Position numbers and translations under genes: made by a program. Shown here in pieces: positions 43,076 through 52,209 of a DNA stretch of 64,000 nucleotides; the first letter of the stretch is position 1, and each line of letters begins with the position of its first letter. Under the pieces are notes generated by a model. It was not told where the DNA came from and did not search any database. It was given only the letters and a program-made list of their open reading frames with translations. This stretch comes from Candidatus Dormiibacterota bacterium. GTDB taxonomy: Bacteria; Chloroflexota; Dormibacteria; Dormibacterales; Dormibacteraceae. The stretch lies in contig DATBZR010000078.1 in the NCBI GenBank assembly GCA_036513095.1, positions 15,475 through 79,474 on the forward strand, in the 5' to 3' direction.

Positions 43076-44776
43076 CTACAGGTCGACTCGGACGGTGGCG
43101 GACCTCAAGCATGAGCCGCCTGTGTTGGGACAGACGATGACGTAGGCATCCACGAGCGCCACGACGGGAGTCGGTGTAGAGAAGGATTGGTTGTTCAGGC
43201 TTCCTCCTGGCACTCTCGTGCTGGTCACCAAGTACGACCTTCCGCCCTGGATCACATTCACGGTCCACGTCCCCAAAGCAAAGTTGCGGAAGCTGACGAT
43301 GAAGCCCTTCGTCTTCGAGATCGCCGGCACGACGATCGAGGGCGCCGGCGTCGACGCTGGACTCGGAGAGGGCGAGGCCGGCGGTGACGGTGTCGACGTC
43401 GGCTGCGTTGGCGGCGTGACAGGCGCCACGGGCTCGAGAACTTGAACGATGGCGGTGAGATGGCATGACGACGCCCAACAAACCTGGATCGTGTGTCCTC
43501 CGATCCCAGCGTCTCGCGGCACCGTGATGTTCTGCCTGACGTTTCCATACGAGTCGGCTCGGAACGGGAACACCTGGAGCGCGCTGTGGAGCCGGATCTC
43601 GCCGCTCTGGTTTGCAGGCAGGTTGCTGGCCGACAGCAGCACCGAGTCTCCCGCGGCGACCGTGGACGGGCTGAGCGAAACCACCGGCGCCGGACGTCCT
43701 GCGAGATAACCCGCGACTCCGACGATGAGCAGCACGATGAGGGCGGCGGCGATGAGGATCGTGTTCCGACCTCGATGGGACTTGCGAGCGGGCACCGGTG
43801 GTGGCGACGGGTAGGCGACGGCGATCGGATCACTCGGCGCTTCCGTATCGACGTATGAGGGTTCGGCGATCGCAGTTTCCGCCACAGGCGTCGAATGAGG
43901 CGGCGCCGAAGGCGCCGGCGCCATCACGACGGTGCGCACCACCGCCGGCTCCGGCCTGCGCGCCAGCGCGGCGCTGAGAGCGTCGACCATCGCCGTGCCG
44001 CTCTCCCAGCGCGCGCCCGGATCCTTTGCCAGCCCGCGCATGATCACCGCGTCGACCCTCGGTCCCAGCGAGTGGTTGCGTGTACTTGGCGGTGGCGGCT
44101 CCCGATGCACATGCGCATAGAGCAGCTCCATCAAGCCCTCACCGTCGAATGGGATCACGCCGGTCAACATCTCGTACGCGATGGTCGCCAGCGCGTAGCG
44201 ATCCGCGGCCGGTCCGACCTTGCTCCCGGTCACCTGCTCCGGCGCCATGTAGGCAGGCGTCCCGGTGGTCACGCCGGTCATCGACTTCAGCGAAGAGCCC
44301 TGGAGCAGCTTGGCCAATCCGAAGTCCGCGAGCACGGGGGTGTCGTCCTTCTCGAGGAGGACGTTCGCCGGCTTGACGTCGCGGTGCACGATCCCCAGCC
44401 CATGCGCATGGTCGAGACCGGCTGCGATGCCGCGGAGATACTTCAGCGCCGTTGCGTTATCGAGCGGTCCTTTGCTGAGCCGGTTTGCGAGGCTTCCCCC
44501 GGGGACGTACTCGATGATCATGTAAGGCACTCCGTCATGCTCCCCGAAGTCGTAGACGTTGACGATGTTCGGGTGGCGCATCTGCGCGATGGCCTGAGCC
44601 TCGTGGCGGAACCGGGTAGTCGTGTCGGGGTCCGGGGCCATCCCCTGCAGGACCTTGACGGCGCCGGTGCGCTGCAGCTGCACGTGGTAGGCGCGGTACA
44701 CGAGACCCATCGCACCCTGGCCGATGAAGTCCTGGACCTCGTATTGCCCTAGCTTGGTTCCGGGAGCGATCGGCAC
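43076..44776 (-). CDS. Ser/Thr protein kinase with one TM helix and an extracellular non-PASTA beta-rich domain
   Basis: Hanks kinase motifs GQGAMGLVYRA, VKVL, HRDVKPAN, DFG and APE. A TM helix (ILIAAALIVLLIVGVAGYLAG) is followed by Pro/Thr/Ser linkers and Cys-containing beta-type segments. Confidence 0.9.
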   Translation of the reverse strand: MPIAPGTKLGQYEVQDFIGQGAMGLVYRAYHVQLQRTGAVKVLQGMAPDPDTTTRFRHEAQAIAQMRHPNIVNVYDFGEHDGVPYMIIEYVPGGSLANRLSKGPLDNATALKYLRGIAAGLDHAHGLGIVHRDVKPANVLLEKDDTPVLADFGLAKLLQGSSLKSMTGVTTGTPAYMAPEQVTGSKVGPAADRYALATIAYEMLTGVIPFDGEGLMELLYAHVHREPPPPSTRNHSLGPRVDAVIMRGLAKDPGARWESGTAMVDALSAALARRPEPAVVRTVVMAPAPSAPPHSTPVAETAIAEPSYVDTEAPSDPIAVAYPSPPPVPARKSHRGRNTILIAAALIVLLIVGVAGYLAGRPAPVVSLSPSTVAAGDSVLLSASNLPANQSGEIRLHSALQVFPFRADSYGNVRQNITVPRDAGIGGHTIQVCWASSCHLTAIVQVLEPVAPVTPPTQPTSTPSPPASPSPSPASTPAPSIVVPAISKTKGFIVSFRNFALGTWTVNVIQGGRSYLVTSTRVPGGSLNNQSFSTPTPVVALVDAYVIVCPNTGGSCLRSATVRVDL

Positions 44777-44818
44777 GGCCCCAGATTATGAGGTTCGGTC
44801 GCGGCACCCAACCTCGAG

Positions 44819-45571
44819 TTAACCGATCGTTGACTTCCAGCCGCCGCGCCCTTTCCGCCGGATCGCGAGCACGCCCGCGAGTATCGAGAGCGCGATCTCA
44901 GCCGGCGTGATGGCGCCCAGGTCGAGCCCGACCGGGCTCTGGATCCGAGAGATGACGTCCTCGGCCACGCCCTTCGCGCGCAGAGCCTCGAGGTGGTGGC
45001 CTGTGTGACGGCGGCTGCCTACCAGCCCGATGAACCGAGGCTCGAGCGGGAGGATCGCTTCCAGGGCCTGGACCAGGTCGGGCGCGTCATGGTCGGTGTG
45101 GACGACGTAGAGGTCCGTGCCGAGATCTAGAGGGAGCTCGTCCAGGGACCTGATGATCGGGGGTGGCCAACCGACGTCCTTGATTCGCTCGGGTCGCGTC
45201 TCGACCAGCAGGGCTGTGAAGCCGATCTGTCGCGCCCAGTCCACCAGGGCCCTCGCCACCGGCGTCGCGGAGAAGACCAGCAATTGGGGAGGCGCTTCGT
45301 AGGGCTCCAGATACACCTCGATGCTGCCCAGCTCGTGGCGGTAGGTGCGCACTTGGGGGGAAGCCGATTCCGCGACTTGCGGCGCGTCGGCCAGCGCGGC
45401 GGAGTCGAACTCGCTGCAGCCGAGTGTCCCGGCGATGGCGGCACTTCGTGACATCAGGAGCTTCGCCCCAGGCCTGGACGGAGGCCGGCCGTCGACTTTG
45501 ACCACCGTGGCGAGTACGACCTCCTCGCCTCGAGCCAGGCGCTGACCAAGCTCTTCTTCGACGCTAGGCAC
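44819..45571 (-). CDS. XdhC/CoxI-family molybdenum-cofactor insertion/sulfuration accessory protein
   Basis: N-terminal XdhC_CoxI pattern (VVLATVVKVDGRPPSRPGAKLL) and a C-terminal Rossmann-like part (LLVFSATPVARAL...IGLVGSRRH...PVGLDLGA). Confidence 0.8.
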   Translation of the reverse strand: MPSVEEELGQRLARGEEVVLATVVKVDGRPPSRPGAKLLMSRSAAIAGTLGCSEFDSAALADAPQVAESASPQVRTYRHELGSIEVYLEPYEAPPQLLVFSATPVARALVDWARQIGFTALLVETRPERIKDVGWPPPIIRSLDELPLDLGTDLYVVHTDHDAPDLVQALEAILPLEPRFIGLVGSRRHTGHHLEALRAKGVAEDVISRIQSPVGLDLGAITPAEIALSILAGVLAIRRKGRGGWKSTIG

Positions 45572-46706
45572 GCGCCGAAGCCCTCGTCAGCACCGACCGG
45601 ATGATTTCCGAAGCGCGCGACACCTCGTCGTCCGTCGTGGCATAGCCGGTGGTCACGCGGAGGCTGCCCAGGGCCTGGTCGAGGTTCAAGCCCATCGCAA
45701 CCAGGACGTGCGACGGATCCAGCGAGCCGGAGGCGCATGCGGATCCGCTGGACGCGGAGACTCCGGCCAGGTCGAGCGCCAGCAGCATGTCTTCACCGCG
45801 ACGATCGGCGAACGCACAGGTGGCGAAGTTGGGCAACCGGAGATCGGCGCCGGTGGGCGTTCCGCCCAGCTCCACGAGGAGGGCGCGCAACGCTGCCGCG
45901 TGCCGAGCTGCGACCGTGGATCGGCGCCCCCGGTCCCGAGCGCTCGTGGCGAGGGCGGTCGCGGCGGCGGTCGCGGCGGCGACGTCCTCCCGGCCGGCTC
46001 GGCGGCCCCATTCCTGCGGACCGCCATAGATCAGAGGGTCGATCCGCACCCCGTCTTTGACGAAGAGGATTCCGCCGCGCCCAGCGCCCAGCTTGTGACC
46101 GCTGAACGAAACCAGGTCTGCTCCCTCGGGGATGCCGATCCATCGTGGACCGGCGCAGGCGTCGACGTGGATGAGCGCTCCGATCTCATGCGCGCGGGCG
46201 ATGATCGCGGCCACCGGCTGGATGGTCCCGACCTCGTTGTTGGCGAGCCCGATCGAGACCAGCTCGGCAGAGGAGGGGATGTCGTACGGGTCGGCGCGGC
46301 CCGTTCCGTCGACTCTTGCCACCACGACCGGGTGGCCTTCCGACTGCAGGCGGCGGGCCGCTCCGAGCACCGATTGATGCTCGGCCGCCCAGGTCATCAC
46401 GACACCATGCCTCGGTAGGCGCTTCGCGGCGCCGAAGAGCGCGAGGTTGACGGACTCGGTGCCCGAGCCGGTGAACGATATCTCCGTGCGGTCCGCGCCA
46501 AGCGCTTGCGCGGCGAGGTCACGAGCACCGTCGAGCGCGGCACGAGCGGCGCGTCCATCGGCGTGTGGGCTCGAGGGGTTGCCCTCCGGCAGGTCGCGCA
46601 CCGCCGCGCGGACTTCCGGGAGGACGGGCGCGGACCCCGCGTCGTCGAGATAGATGCGGCTAGGGGAGTCGCGGGCCGAGCCCCTCGGCGGATCTTTGGC
46701 GTCCAT
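45564..46706 (-). CDS. class V aminotransferase, NifS/IscS-type cysteine desulfurase
   Basis: Contains ...FTGSGTESVNLA..., PLP Lys SGHKL, and the active-site loop SSGSACASG. 8-nt overlap with the xdhC-like gene. Confidence 0.88.
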   Translation of the reverse strand: MDAKDPPRGSARDSPSRIYLDDAGSAPVLPEVRAAVRDLPEGNPSSPHADGRAARAALDGARDLAAQALGADRTEISFTGSGTESVNLALFGAAKRLPRHGVVMTWAAEHQSVLGAARRLQSEGHPVVVARVDGTGRADPYDIPSSAELVSIGLANNEVGTIQPVAAIIARAHEIGALIHVDACAGPRWIGIPEGADLVSFSGHKLGAGRGGILFVKDGVRIDPLIYGGPQEWGRRAGREDVAAATAAATALATSARDRGRRSTVAARHAAALRALLVELGGTPTGADLRLPNFATCAFADRRGEDMLLALDLAGVSASSGSACASGSLDPSHVLVAMGLNLDQALGSLRVTTGYATTDDEVSRASEIIRSVLTRASARA

Positions 46707-46854
46707 TCAGCCCATCTGCGTCGTTGCGACCTGCGCTTCTCGCTCACGCATCAACGGATGCGCTCGCTGCGATGCTCGGCCGCGCCTAGCATCTGGGCTG
46801 CCTGGCCACCAAATCTCTCGCCGAGGTCTCGGTCCGCGACTCCGGGTGCCGCGA

Positions 46855-47208
46855 TCAGCCGCGGCTGTGGTCCGGCTGGTGGAAGAGCTCTGTGAGCGTG
46901 CCCTGGAATGTCTTGAGATAGAGGTGAAGGTCGAGTATCTCGTCGACCGTGATCGGCTCGGCCGCGAAGACCGGCTCCAGCTCCGGCTCGGGAATGACCT
47001 TCTCGATCTCCTCGACGGCGCCCCCGGCGATGGCCAGCACGACGATGAACGTCACCTGGCATTGGGCGCACGTGACCTGCAGGTGGAACCGCTCTTCTTC
47101 GTGGCTGAGGACCTGTACGTCGCAGCCTTTCAGGCTCCGTCCGCAGACCGGGCAGTTGTAGAACCGAGCTCGGTCGCGGATGAACTCGATGATGCCCATC
47201 GCTGGCAT
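46855..47208 (-). CDS. hypothetical zinc-ribbon protein
   Basis: 117 aa with CPVCG...CAQC. No family recognised. Confidence 0.4.
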   Translation of the reverse strand: MPAMGIIEFIRDRARFYNCPVCGRSLKGCDVQVLSHEEERFHLQVTCAQCQVTFIVVLAIAGGAVEEIEKVIPEPELEPVFAAEPITVDEILDLHLYLKTFQGTLTELFHQPDHSRG

Positions 47209-47238
47209 ATTACGCCGGGCGAATTGGTCCGGGCGCTG

Positions 47239-47490
47239 CTACCGCTTGCCTTCTATGCACGTGCAGCCGGCGGGGCCAACGAGCGCCCCGTGGACCGTGC
47301 CCGCCGGCAGGACCATGCGATCTCCGCCCTTCAGCTCGATCCGCCGCCCACCGGCTTCGAGGACGAACGTGATCGAACCGTCGACGCAATAAAGGACCTT
47401 CTCGTACTCATGGCTGTGGGGCGCGTAGCGATCACCAGGTCCGTTCGACCACGAGTAGCAGCCGGTGGCCTCGCCGCGCAAGCGGGTCAT
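47239..47490 (-). CDS. cupin-domain protein
   Basis: Last 83 aa of the track ORF: ...YAPHSHEYEKVLYCVDGSITF...GDRMVLPAGTVH (cupin motifs). GTG at 47503-47505 is an alternative start. Confidence 0.6.
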   Translation of the reverse strand: MTRLRGEATGCYSWSNGPGDRYAPHSHEYEKVLYCVDGSITFVLEAGGRRIELKGGDRMVLPAGTVHGALVGPAGCTCIEGKR

Positions 47491-47529
47491 GAGGTCCTCG
47501 CTCACGCACCCGATTCTAAGATTGCATGG

Positions 47530-47991
47530 GTGAAGCCTCGATTCCTGGCCGACTGCAACGTCGGGCGCCTTGCACGCTGGCTGCGTGCCCTCGGGTATGA
47601 CGCCTCCTATCACGTCCGCATTGGCGACGCGGAGCTCGTCCGCGAGGCAGCCGCAGAGAGCCGCGTGGTGCTCACGCGCGATCGCGACCTGACCAAGAGG
47701 CGCTTGATCCAGACGGGCGCCGTGCGGGCCATCCTCATCCGGGACGACGACGTGACCGCGCAGCTGCGGCAAGTTTTCACCGAGCTCGGACTGGAGCTCA
47801 AGGAAGCGCTCACGCGATGCATCGAGTGCAACTCGGAGCTGCAGTCGAGGGTCCCGGCGATGGTGGCCGAGCGCGTTCCCCCCTATGTCCGTCGCACTCA
47901 GTCCCGTTACTCCGAGTGCCCCGAATGCGGGCGCATCTACTGGGCCGGAACCCACTGGCAGCGGATGCGCGAGGTCCTCGCCGGTCTGTGA
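47530..47991 (+). CDS. Mut7-C (DUF82) PIN-like RNase-domain protein with C-terminal zinc ribbon
   Basis: GTG 47530 gives VKPRFLADCNVGRLARWLRALGYD...VLTRDRDL...CIECN...CPECGRIYWAGTHW. The upstream part of the 445-aa track ORF is antisense shadow. Confidence 0.7.
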   Translation: MKPRFLADCNVGRLARWLRALGYDASYHVRIGDAELVREAAAESRVVLTRDRDLTKRRLIQTGAVRAILIRDDDVTAQLRQVFTELGLELKEALTRCIECNSELQSRVPAMVAERVPPYVRRTQSRYSECPECGRIYWAGTHWQRMREVLAGL

Positions 47992-48929
47992 GAGACGTTT
48001 TGCGCCGGCTTCTTGCGGGCGAGCTCACCGAGGAGGAAGCCGTCTCTGAGCTACGCCAGGTCCAGCTCGAGGAGCTCGGAGGTCGGGCTCGTCTCGACCT
48101 CGGACGCTTCCTGCGCCGCGGCATACCCGAGGTCGTGCTTGCGTCCGGCAAGCGCCCGGCGGACGCGGCGCGCCTCGCTGTCGCCATGGCCGAGCGCCAG
48201 GGCCAGGGCCTGATCAGCCGGATGACCGCCGAACACCGCGCGGCGCTTGACGAGCTGGCCGCGGACGCATGCATGCGCGTGATCGGATACGCCGCATCGG
48301 CGCGAGTGCTCCGCGCCGGATTCGAGCCCGAGGCGAGTCCGGGGAAAGTCGGAATCCTCACCGCGGGAACTTCAGACCTGCCGGCTGCCGAGGAGGCTCA
48401 GATGGTGGTGGAGGCGTGCGGCCTCGAGGTGAAGCTGGACGCCGACCTGGGCGTCGCGGGCCTTCATCGATTCGTCGGGCCGCTGGCGTCGACGCTCGAG
48501 TGGGGCTGCGACGTCATCATCGTCGCCGCCGGCATGGACGGAGTGCTACCGGGCCTGGTCGCGGGACTCGTCGACGTGCCCGTGATCGGCCTCCCCGTCT
48601 CGACCGGCTACGGGCGTGGAGGCTCAGGTGAAGGAGCGCTCACGACGATGCTGCAGTCATGCTCGACCGGGCTGGTCGTCGTGAACATCGACAACGGCGT
48701 CGGCGCCGGCGCAGCGGCGGTGCTGATGGGTCAGCGCCGCCGGCGAGGAAGCAGCACCGCGAGCACGGCAAAGACAAGCGCGCCCACGAGCAAGAAACCG
48801 ACGAGCACGGCGGCCACCATCCAGGACGCCGCAGCTCCGCCTGGCACGGCGAACAGCAGGCCCAGGAGCGCCACTACGACCAGGACTCCGACCAGGAGCC
48901 AGGGAAACCCTCGCCGCCGGCGCCCGTAG
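47988..48929 (+). CDS. larB: LarB-like (PurE-family) nickel-pincer cofactor biosynthesis carboxylase/hydrolase, with an unusual low-complexity tail
   Basis: GTG 47988 overlaps the Mut7-C stop. VRDVLRRLLAGELTEEEAVSELR...IPEVVLASGK...VGILTAGTSDLPAAEEA...IIVAAGMDGVLPGLVAGL...VIGLPVSTGYG is LarB-like. The last 65 aa or so are Ser/Thr/Arg/Pro-rich and antisense to a TM-protein ORF. Confidence 0.7.
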   Translation: MRDVLRRLLAGELTEEEAVSELRQVQLEELGGRARLDLGRFLRRGIPEVVLASGKRPADAARLAVAMAERQGQGLISRMTAEHRAALDELAADACMRVIGYAASARVLRAGFEPEASPGKVGILTAGTSDLPAAEEAQMVVEACGLEVKLDADLGVAGLHRFVGPLASTLEWGCDVIIVAAGMDGVLPGLVAGLVDVPVIGLPVSTGYGRGGSGEGALTTMLQSCSTGLVVVNIDNGVGAGAAAVLMGQRRRRGSSTASTAKTSAPTSKKPTSTAATIQDAAAPPGTANSRPRSATTTRTPTRSQGNPRRRRP

Positions 48930-48973
48930 AAGAGCATCCACAACGCACCCGGGCGTTTTTTGGGGGCGTTCAC
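48731..48973 (-). CDS. small two-TM membrane protein
   Basis: 80 aa with two hydrophobic helices flanked by RRRRG and PRRRR (positive-inside). The GTG start overlaps the upstream HAD stop (GTGA), suggesting translational coupling. Confidence 0.45.
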   Translation of the reverse strand: MNAPKKRPGALWMLFYGRRRRGFPWLLVGVLVVVALLGLLFAVPGGAAASWMVAAVLVGFLLVGALVFAVLAVLLPRRRR

Positions 48974-49677
48974 AGCAGGCGCGGAATCTCGCTCAGCGAG
49001 GCGATGGTCGGGATGCCGTAGGGCGGCCTGTCCTCGGCGTGCGCGGTCAAGATGACAGCTCTCATGCCGGCAGCGATTGGGCCCTCATAGTCCTCGCGCA
49101 CCCGGTCGCCCACGAACAGGGCATGAGGCGCGTCGACGCCGATGGCATCGAGCGCAGCCCGGTAGACCTCCGGCGCCGGCTTGCGACGCCCGACCTCGCT
49201 GGAGAACACGACCGCCTCGACCATCTCGCCGATTCCATTCATGTCGACCTGGCGCCGCATCATCTCGGGAGGGAACGGCGCGTTCGAGCAAACTCCGCGC
49301 TTGATCCCTTGGGCGCCCAGCCACGACAGCACCTGGAGCGCATCGGGGTCGAGCTTGACCGCGCGGTCCCAGCACAGCTGCTCGGCGTCGAGGATGTCGT
49401 GCAGCAGGCCATCGGGAAGCTCCATGCCGGCGCGCGACCAGCTCTCGCGGTAGACGTCCATGTACTCGACCTCGTCTTCGCTCATGCTGCCGATGATCTC
49501 TTCGAGGGGCAGGAGGACGTCTTCGAGGATCGCCTCCGCCTCGGGCGCCCGCACGCCGAGGGCTGACTCAATTCGGGGCCGGAAGCTGCGCATCACCTCG
49601 AGCAGCTCCTCGGTCGGGTACTCGAACGTGACAAGGGTGCGGCCGTAATCGAACAGCACTCCGCGGGTTAACCCCAC
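48970..49677 (-). CDS. HAD-superfamily hydrolase
   Basis: Contains [10 protein letters not shown] (degenerate motif I), CSNAP, KPAPEVY and FVGDRV.EDYEG. Start set at GTG 49675-49677. ATG 49729-49731 is possible but leaves only 12 bp to the divergent moaC. Confidence 0.7.
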   Translation of the reverse strand: MGLTRGVLFDYGRTLVTFEYPTEELLEVMRSFRPRIESALGVRAPEAEAILEDVLLPLEEIIGSMSEDEVEYMDVYRESWSRAGMELPDGLLHDILDAEQLCWDRAVKLDPDALQVLSWLGAQGIKRGVCSNAPFPPEMMRRQVDMNGIGEMVEAVVFSSEVGRRKPAPEVYRAALDAIGVDAPHALFVGDRVREDYEGPIAAGMRAVILTAHAEDRPPYGIPTIASLSEIPRLL

Positions 49678-49743
49678 GAACTCAGAGCCTTCGGCGTGAG
49701 TTCGCGGGGACCCCGTCTGAATATCGGGCATCCGCATATCCTG

Positions 49744-50241
49744 ATGCGCGTGACACAACGCCTCACGCACCTGGATGACAAAGGGGCCGCGCGCATGGTT
49801 GACGTCGCCGGCAAGGCTTCGACCGTACGTGAGGCGCTCGCCGAATGCGTCGTGCGCATGGCGCCGGCGACGTTGCGTGCGGTCAAGGCAGGGACCGCTA
49901 AGGGCGATGCGCTCCAGGTCGCGCGGGTGGCCGGCATCATGGCGGCGAAGAAGACTCCGGATCTGATCCCGCTCACCCACCCACTCCCGCTCACGAGCGT
50001 GCGCGTCGACTTCGAGTTCGTCCGCGGCGGGGTGCGCGTGCTGGCCCAAGCTCGTGTCACCGGCCAGACCGGCGTCGAGATGGAGGCGCTGACGGCAGCC
50101 GCCGTCGCCGGGCTGACCTTGATCGACATGACGAAGGGAATCGAGAAGGGCGTCTACCTCGAAACGGTTCGCCTGCTCGAGAAGTCGGGTGGGCGTTCAG
50201 GGACATGGAAGCGCCCATCAGCAACCGCCCGAAAGAAATGA
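49744..50241 (+). CDS. moaC: cyclic pyranopterin monophosphate synthase accessory protein MoaC
   Basis: ATG 49744 gives [21 protein letters not shown]...[27 protein letters not shown]...GVEMEALTA. Confidence 0.92.
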   Translation: MRVTQRLTHLDDKGAARMVDVAGKASTVREALAECVVRMAPATLRAVKAGTAKGDALQVARVAGIMAAKKTPDLIPLTHPLPLTSVRVDFEFVRGGVRVLAQARVTGQTGVEMEALTAAAVAGLTLIDMTKGIEKGVYLETVRLLEKSGGRSGTWKRPSATARKK

Positions 50242-50717
50242 GCACGGCGCACGTGATCACCGTCAGCGATGGAGTTTCGGCGAAGACAAGGGAGGACGAA
50301 AGCGGGCGGGCCCTGGTGCGGATCCTGAAGAACGCCGGCTTCGAGGTCTCGGAACCGCTGGTTGTACCCGATGATCAACAGCGCATTGCCGGCGCCATCG
50401 TCGCGGCCGCTGCGAGCGGAGCTGATCTCGTCGTCACGACCGGCGGAACCGGACTCGGCCCCCGCGACGTGACACCTCAGGCGACGTCAACTGTGATCGA
50501 CTTCGAAGTGCCTGGCATCGGGGAAGTGATGAGACGCGCGGGTGCCGCGAGCACACCGATGGCAGCGCTGTCCCGTTCGATGGCCGGCGTGCGCGGACAA
50601 ACGCTGATCATCAACGTGCCGGGCAGCCCGAAGGGCGCGGCCGAATCCCTCGAGGCGGTCATGCCGACGCTTGCCCACGCGATCAGGCTGCTGCACGGCC
50701 AGACGTCACACGAGTGA
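50238..50717 (+). CDS. mog: MogA/MoaB-family molybdopterin adenylyltransferase
   Basis: ATG 50238 overlaps the moaC stop (ATGA). Contains VITVSDG...[18 protein letters not shown]...INVPGSPKG. Confidence 0.88.
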   Translation: MSTAHVITVSDGVSAKTREDESGRALVRILKNAGFEVSEPLVVPDDQQRIAGAIVAAAASGADLVVTTGGTGLGPRDVTPQATSTVIDFEVPGIGEVMRRAGAASTPMAALSRSMAGVRGQTLIINVPGSPKGAAESLEAVMPTLAHAIRLLHGQTSHE

Positions 50718-51397
50718 ACCTGAACGCCGACCTCGGAGAGGGCGCGGGCGACGATGAGGCGATCCTGGCGCAGGTCGACAGCGCCTGCGTCGCCTGCGGC
50801 GTCCATGCGGGGTCGGCGTCGATCAGCATCGAGACGGTGCGGCGATGCCATGCCCTGGGCGTAGAGGTTGGTGCGCACCCCGGCTATGACGACCGTGCCA
50901 ACTTCGGTCGAGTGGAGGTACCCCTCTCGGCAGACGAGATCGGGGAGCTTGTCGCGTTTCAGGTCGGGGGCCTGGCCGCGCTCGGTCCGCTCGCTTTCAT
51001 CAAGCTTCACGGCGCCGTTTACCACCGCTGCCAGGTGGACCGCGCCGCCGCCGATGCTGTCGCCCGCGTCGCGAAACGACACGGCGCAGGCCTGGTGGGC
51101 CAGCCTGGTTTCGAGATCGTCGCTGCCGCGGCGCGCGCCGGCATACCCGCATACAGGGAGGGATTTGCCGATCGCCGGGTGCTTCCTGACGGAACCCTCG
51201 CGCCGCGGCACGAACCCGGCTCGGTGCTCGAACCTCAACGCGCAGTCGAGCAGGCGTTGCAGTTCGCGCGCAGCGGGCGCTACGACACGATCTGCGTCCA
51301 CGGCGACTCGCCAGGCGCGGCGCAGATCGCCGCGGCCGTGCGACTTGCATTTGCGGAAGGCGGTATAGCCACGAGCCGGCTGGCCGGCCGCAGGTGA
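50714..51397 (+). CDS. pxpA: 5-oxoprolinase subunit A (LamB/YcsF family)
   Basis: Contains [19 protein letters not shown] and GAHPGYDD. Confidence 0.88.
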   Translation: MNLNADLGEGAGDDEAILAQVDSACVACGVHAGSASISIETVRRCHALGVEVGAHPGYDDRANFGRVEVPLSADEIGELVAFQVGGLAALGPLAFIKLHGAVYHRCQVDRAAADAVARVAKRHGAGLVGQPGFEIVAAAARAGIPAYREGFADRRVLPDGTLAPRHEPGSVLEPQRAVEQALQFARSGRYDTICVHGDSPGAAQIAAAVRLAFAEGGIATSRLAGRR

Positions 51398-52200
51398 GTC
51401 TGTCCATTCGCGAGCTCGCCGAGATCGAGGACCTGCGCGAGCTGGCGGAGCTGTTCGCCGTGGTCTGGGGACGCCCCGGCGAGCTTCCGATCAACTCGGA
51501 CATCCTGAAGGCGCTCGCGCATTCCGGAAACTACGTGTCTGGGGCGTACGTCGACAAGAAGCTTGTCGGTGGCCTGGTCGGATGGTTTGGAGGCGTGCCT
51601 CCGCAAGAGCTGCACTTGCATTCGCACATCCTCGGGGTGCTGAATGGCAGCGATGCGCAAGGCCTCGGGTCGCAGCTGAAGCAGCACCAGCGCCGCTGGT
51701 GTCTCGCGCGAGAGGTCAAGGTCATGCAGTGGACCACCGACCCGCTCGTTCGACGCAACGCGTACTTCAACCTCACCAAGCTTGGCGCGCACGCGCGGGA
51801 GTACCTCGTCAACGTCTACGGCGAGATGCGCGACGAGATCAACGCGGGCGAAGAATCGGATCGGCTGCTCATCACCTGGCTGCTCGATTCGGAATCCGCG
51901 CTCGCCGCTGCGGCGGGACGTGCGCTCGAGCCATCCGTCGAAGACCTTCAGCGGGAGGGCGCCGTCATCGCGCTGTCGGTTGGAGACGCCGGTGAACCGG
52001 TGGTGATCCGATCTTCCGCGCGTGTCCTTCTATGTCAGGTGCCTGACGACATCGTCGCGCTCAGGCGCTCCGATCCCCGGCTCGCGCGTTCGTGGCGCCT
52101 GGCGCAGCGCGAAACGTTCACCGATGCGATCGCCGCAGGCTACGAGGTGAGCGGGGCGACGCGATCGGGATGGTACGTGCTGGATGCCGCGGCTAACTAG
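51394..52200 (+). CDS. hypothetical protein, possibly GNAT-fold acyltransferase
   Basis: 268-aa ORF overlapping the pxpA stop. Contains ...GVLNGSDAQGLGSQLKQHQRRW.... The family assignment is weak. Confidence 0.45.
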   Translation: MSLSIRELAEIEDLRELAELFAVVWGRPGELPINSDILKALAHSGNYVSGAYVDKKLVGGLVGWFGGVPPQELHLHSHILGVLNGSDAQGLGSQLKQHQRRWCLAREVKVMQWTTDPLVRRNAYFNLTKLGAHAREYLVNVYGEMRDEINAGEESDRLLITWLLDSESALAAAAGRALEPSVEDLQREGAVIALSVGDAGEPVVIRSSARVLLCQVPDDIVALRRSDPRLARSWRLAQRETFTDAIAAGYEVSGATRSGWYVLDAAAN

Positions 52201-52209
52201 ACTCTTCTC

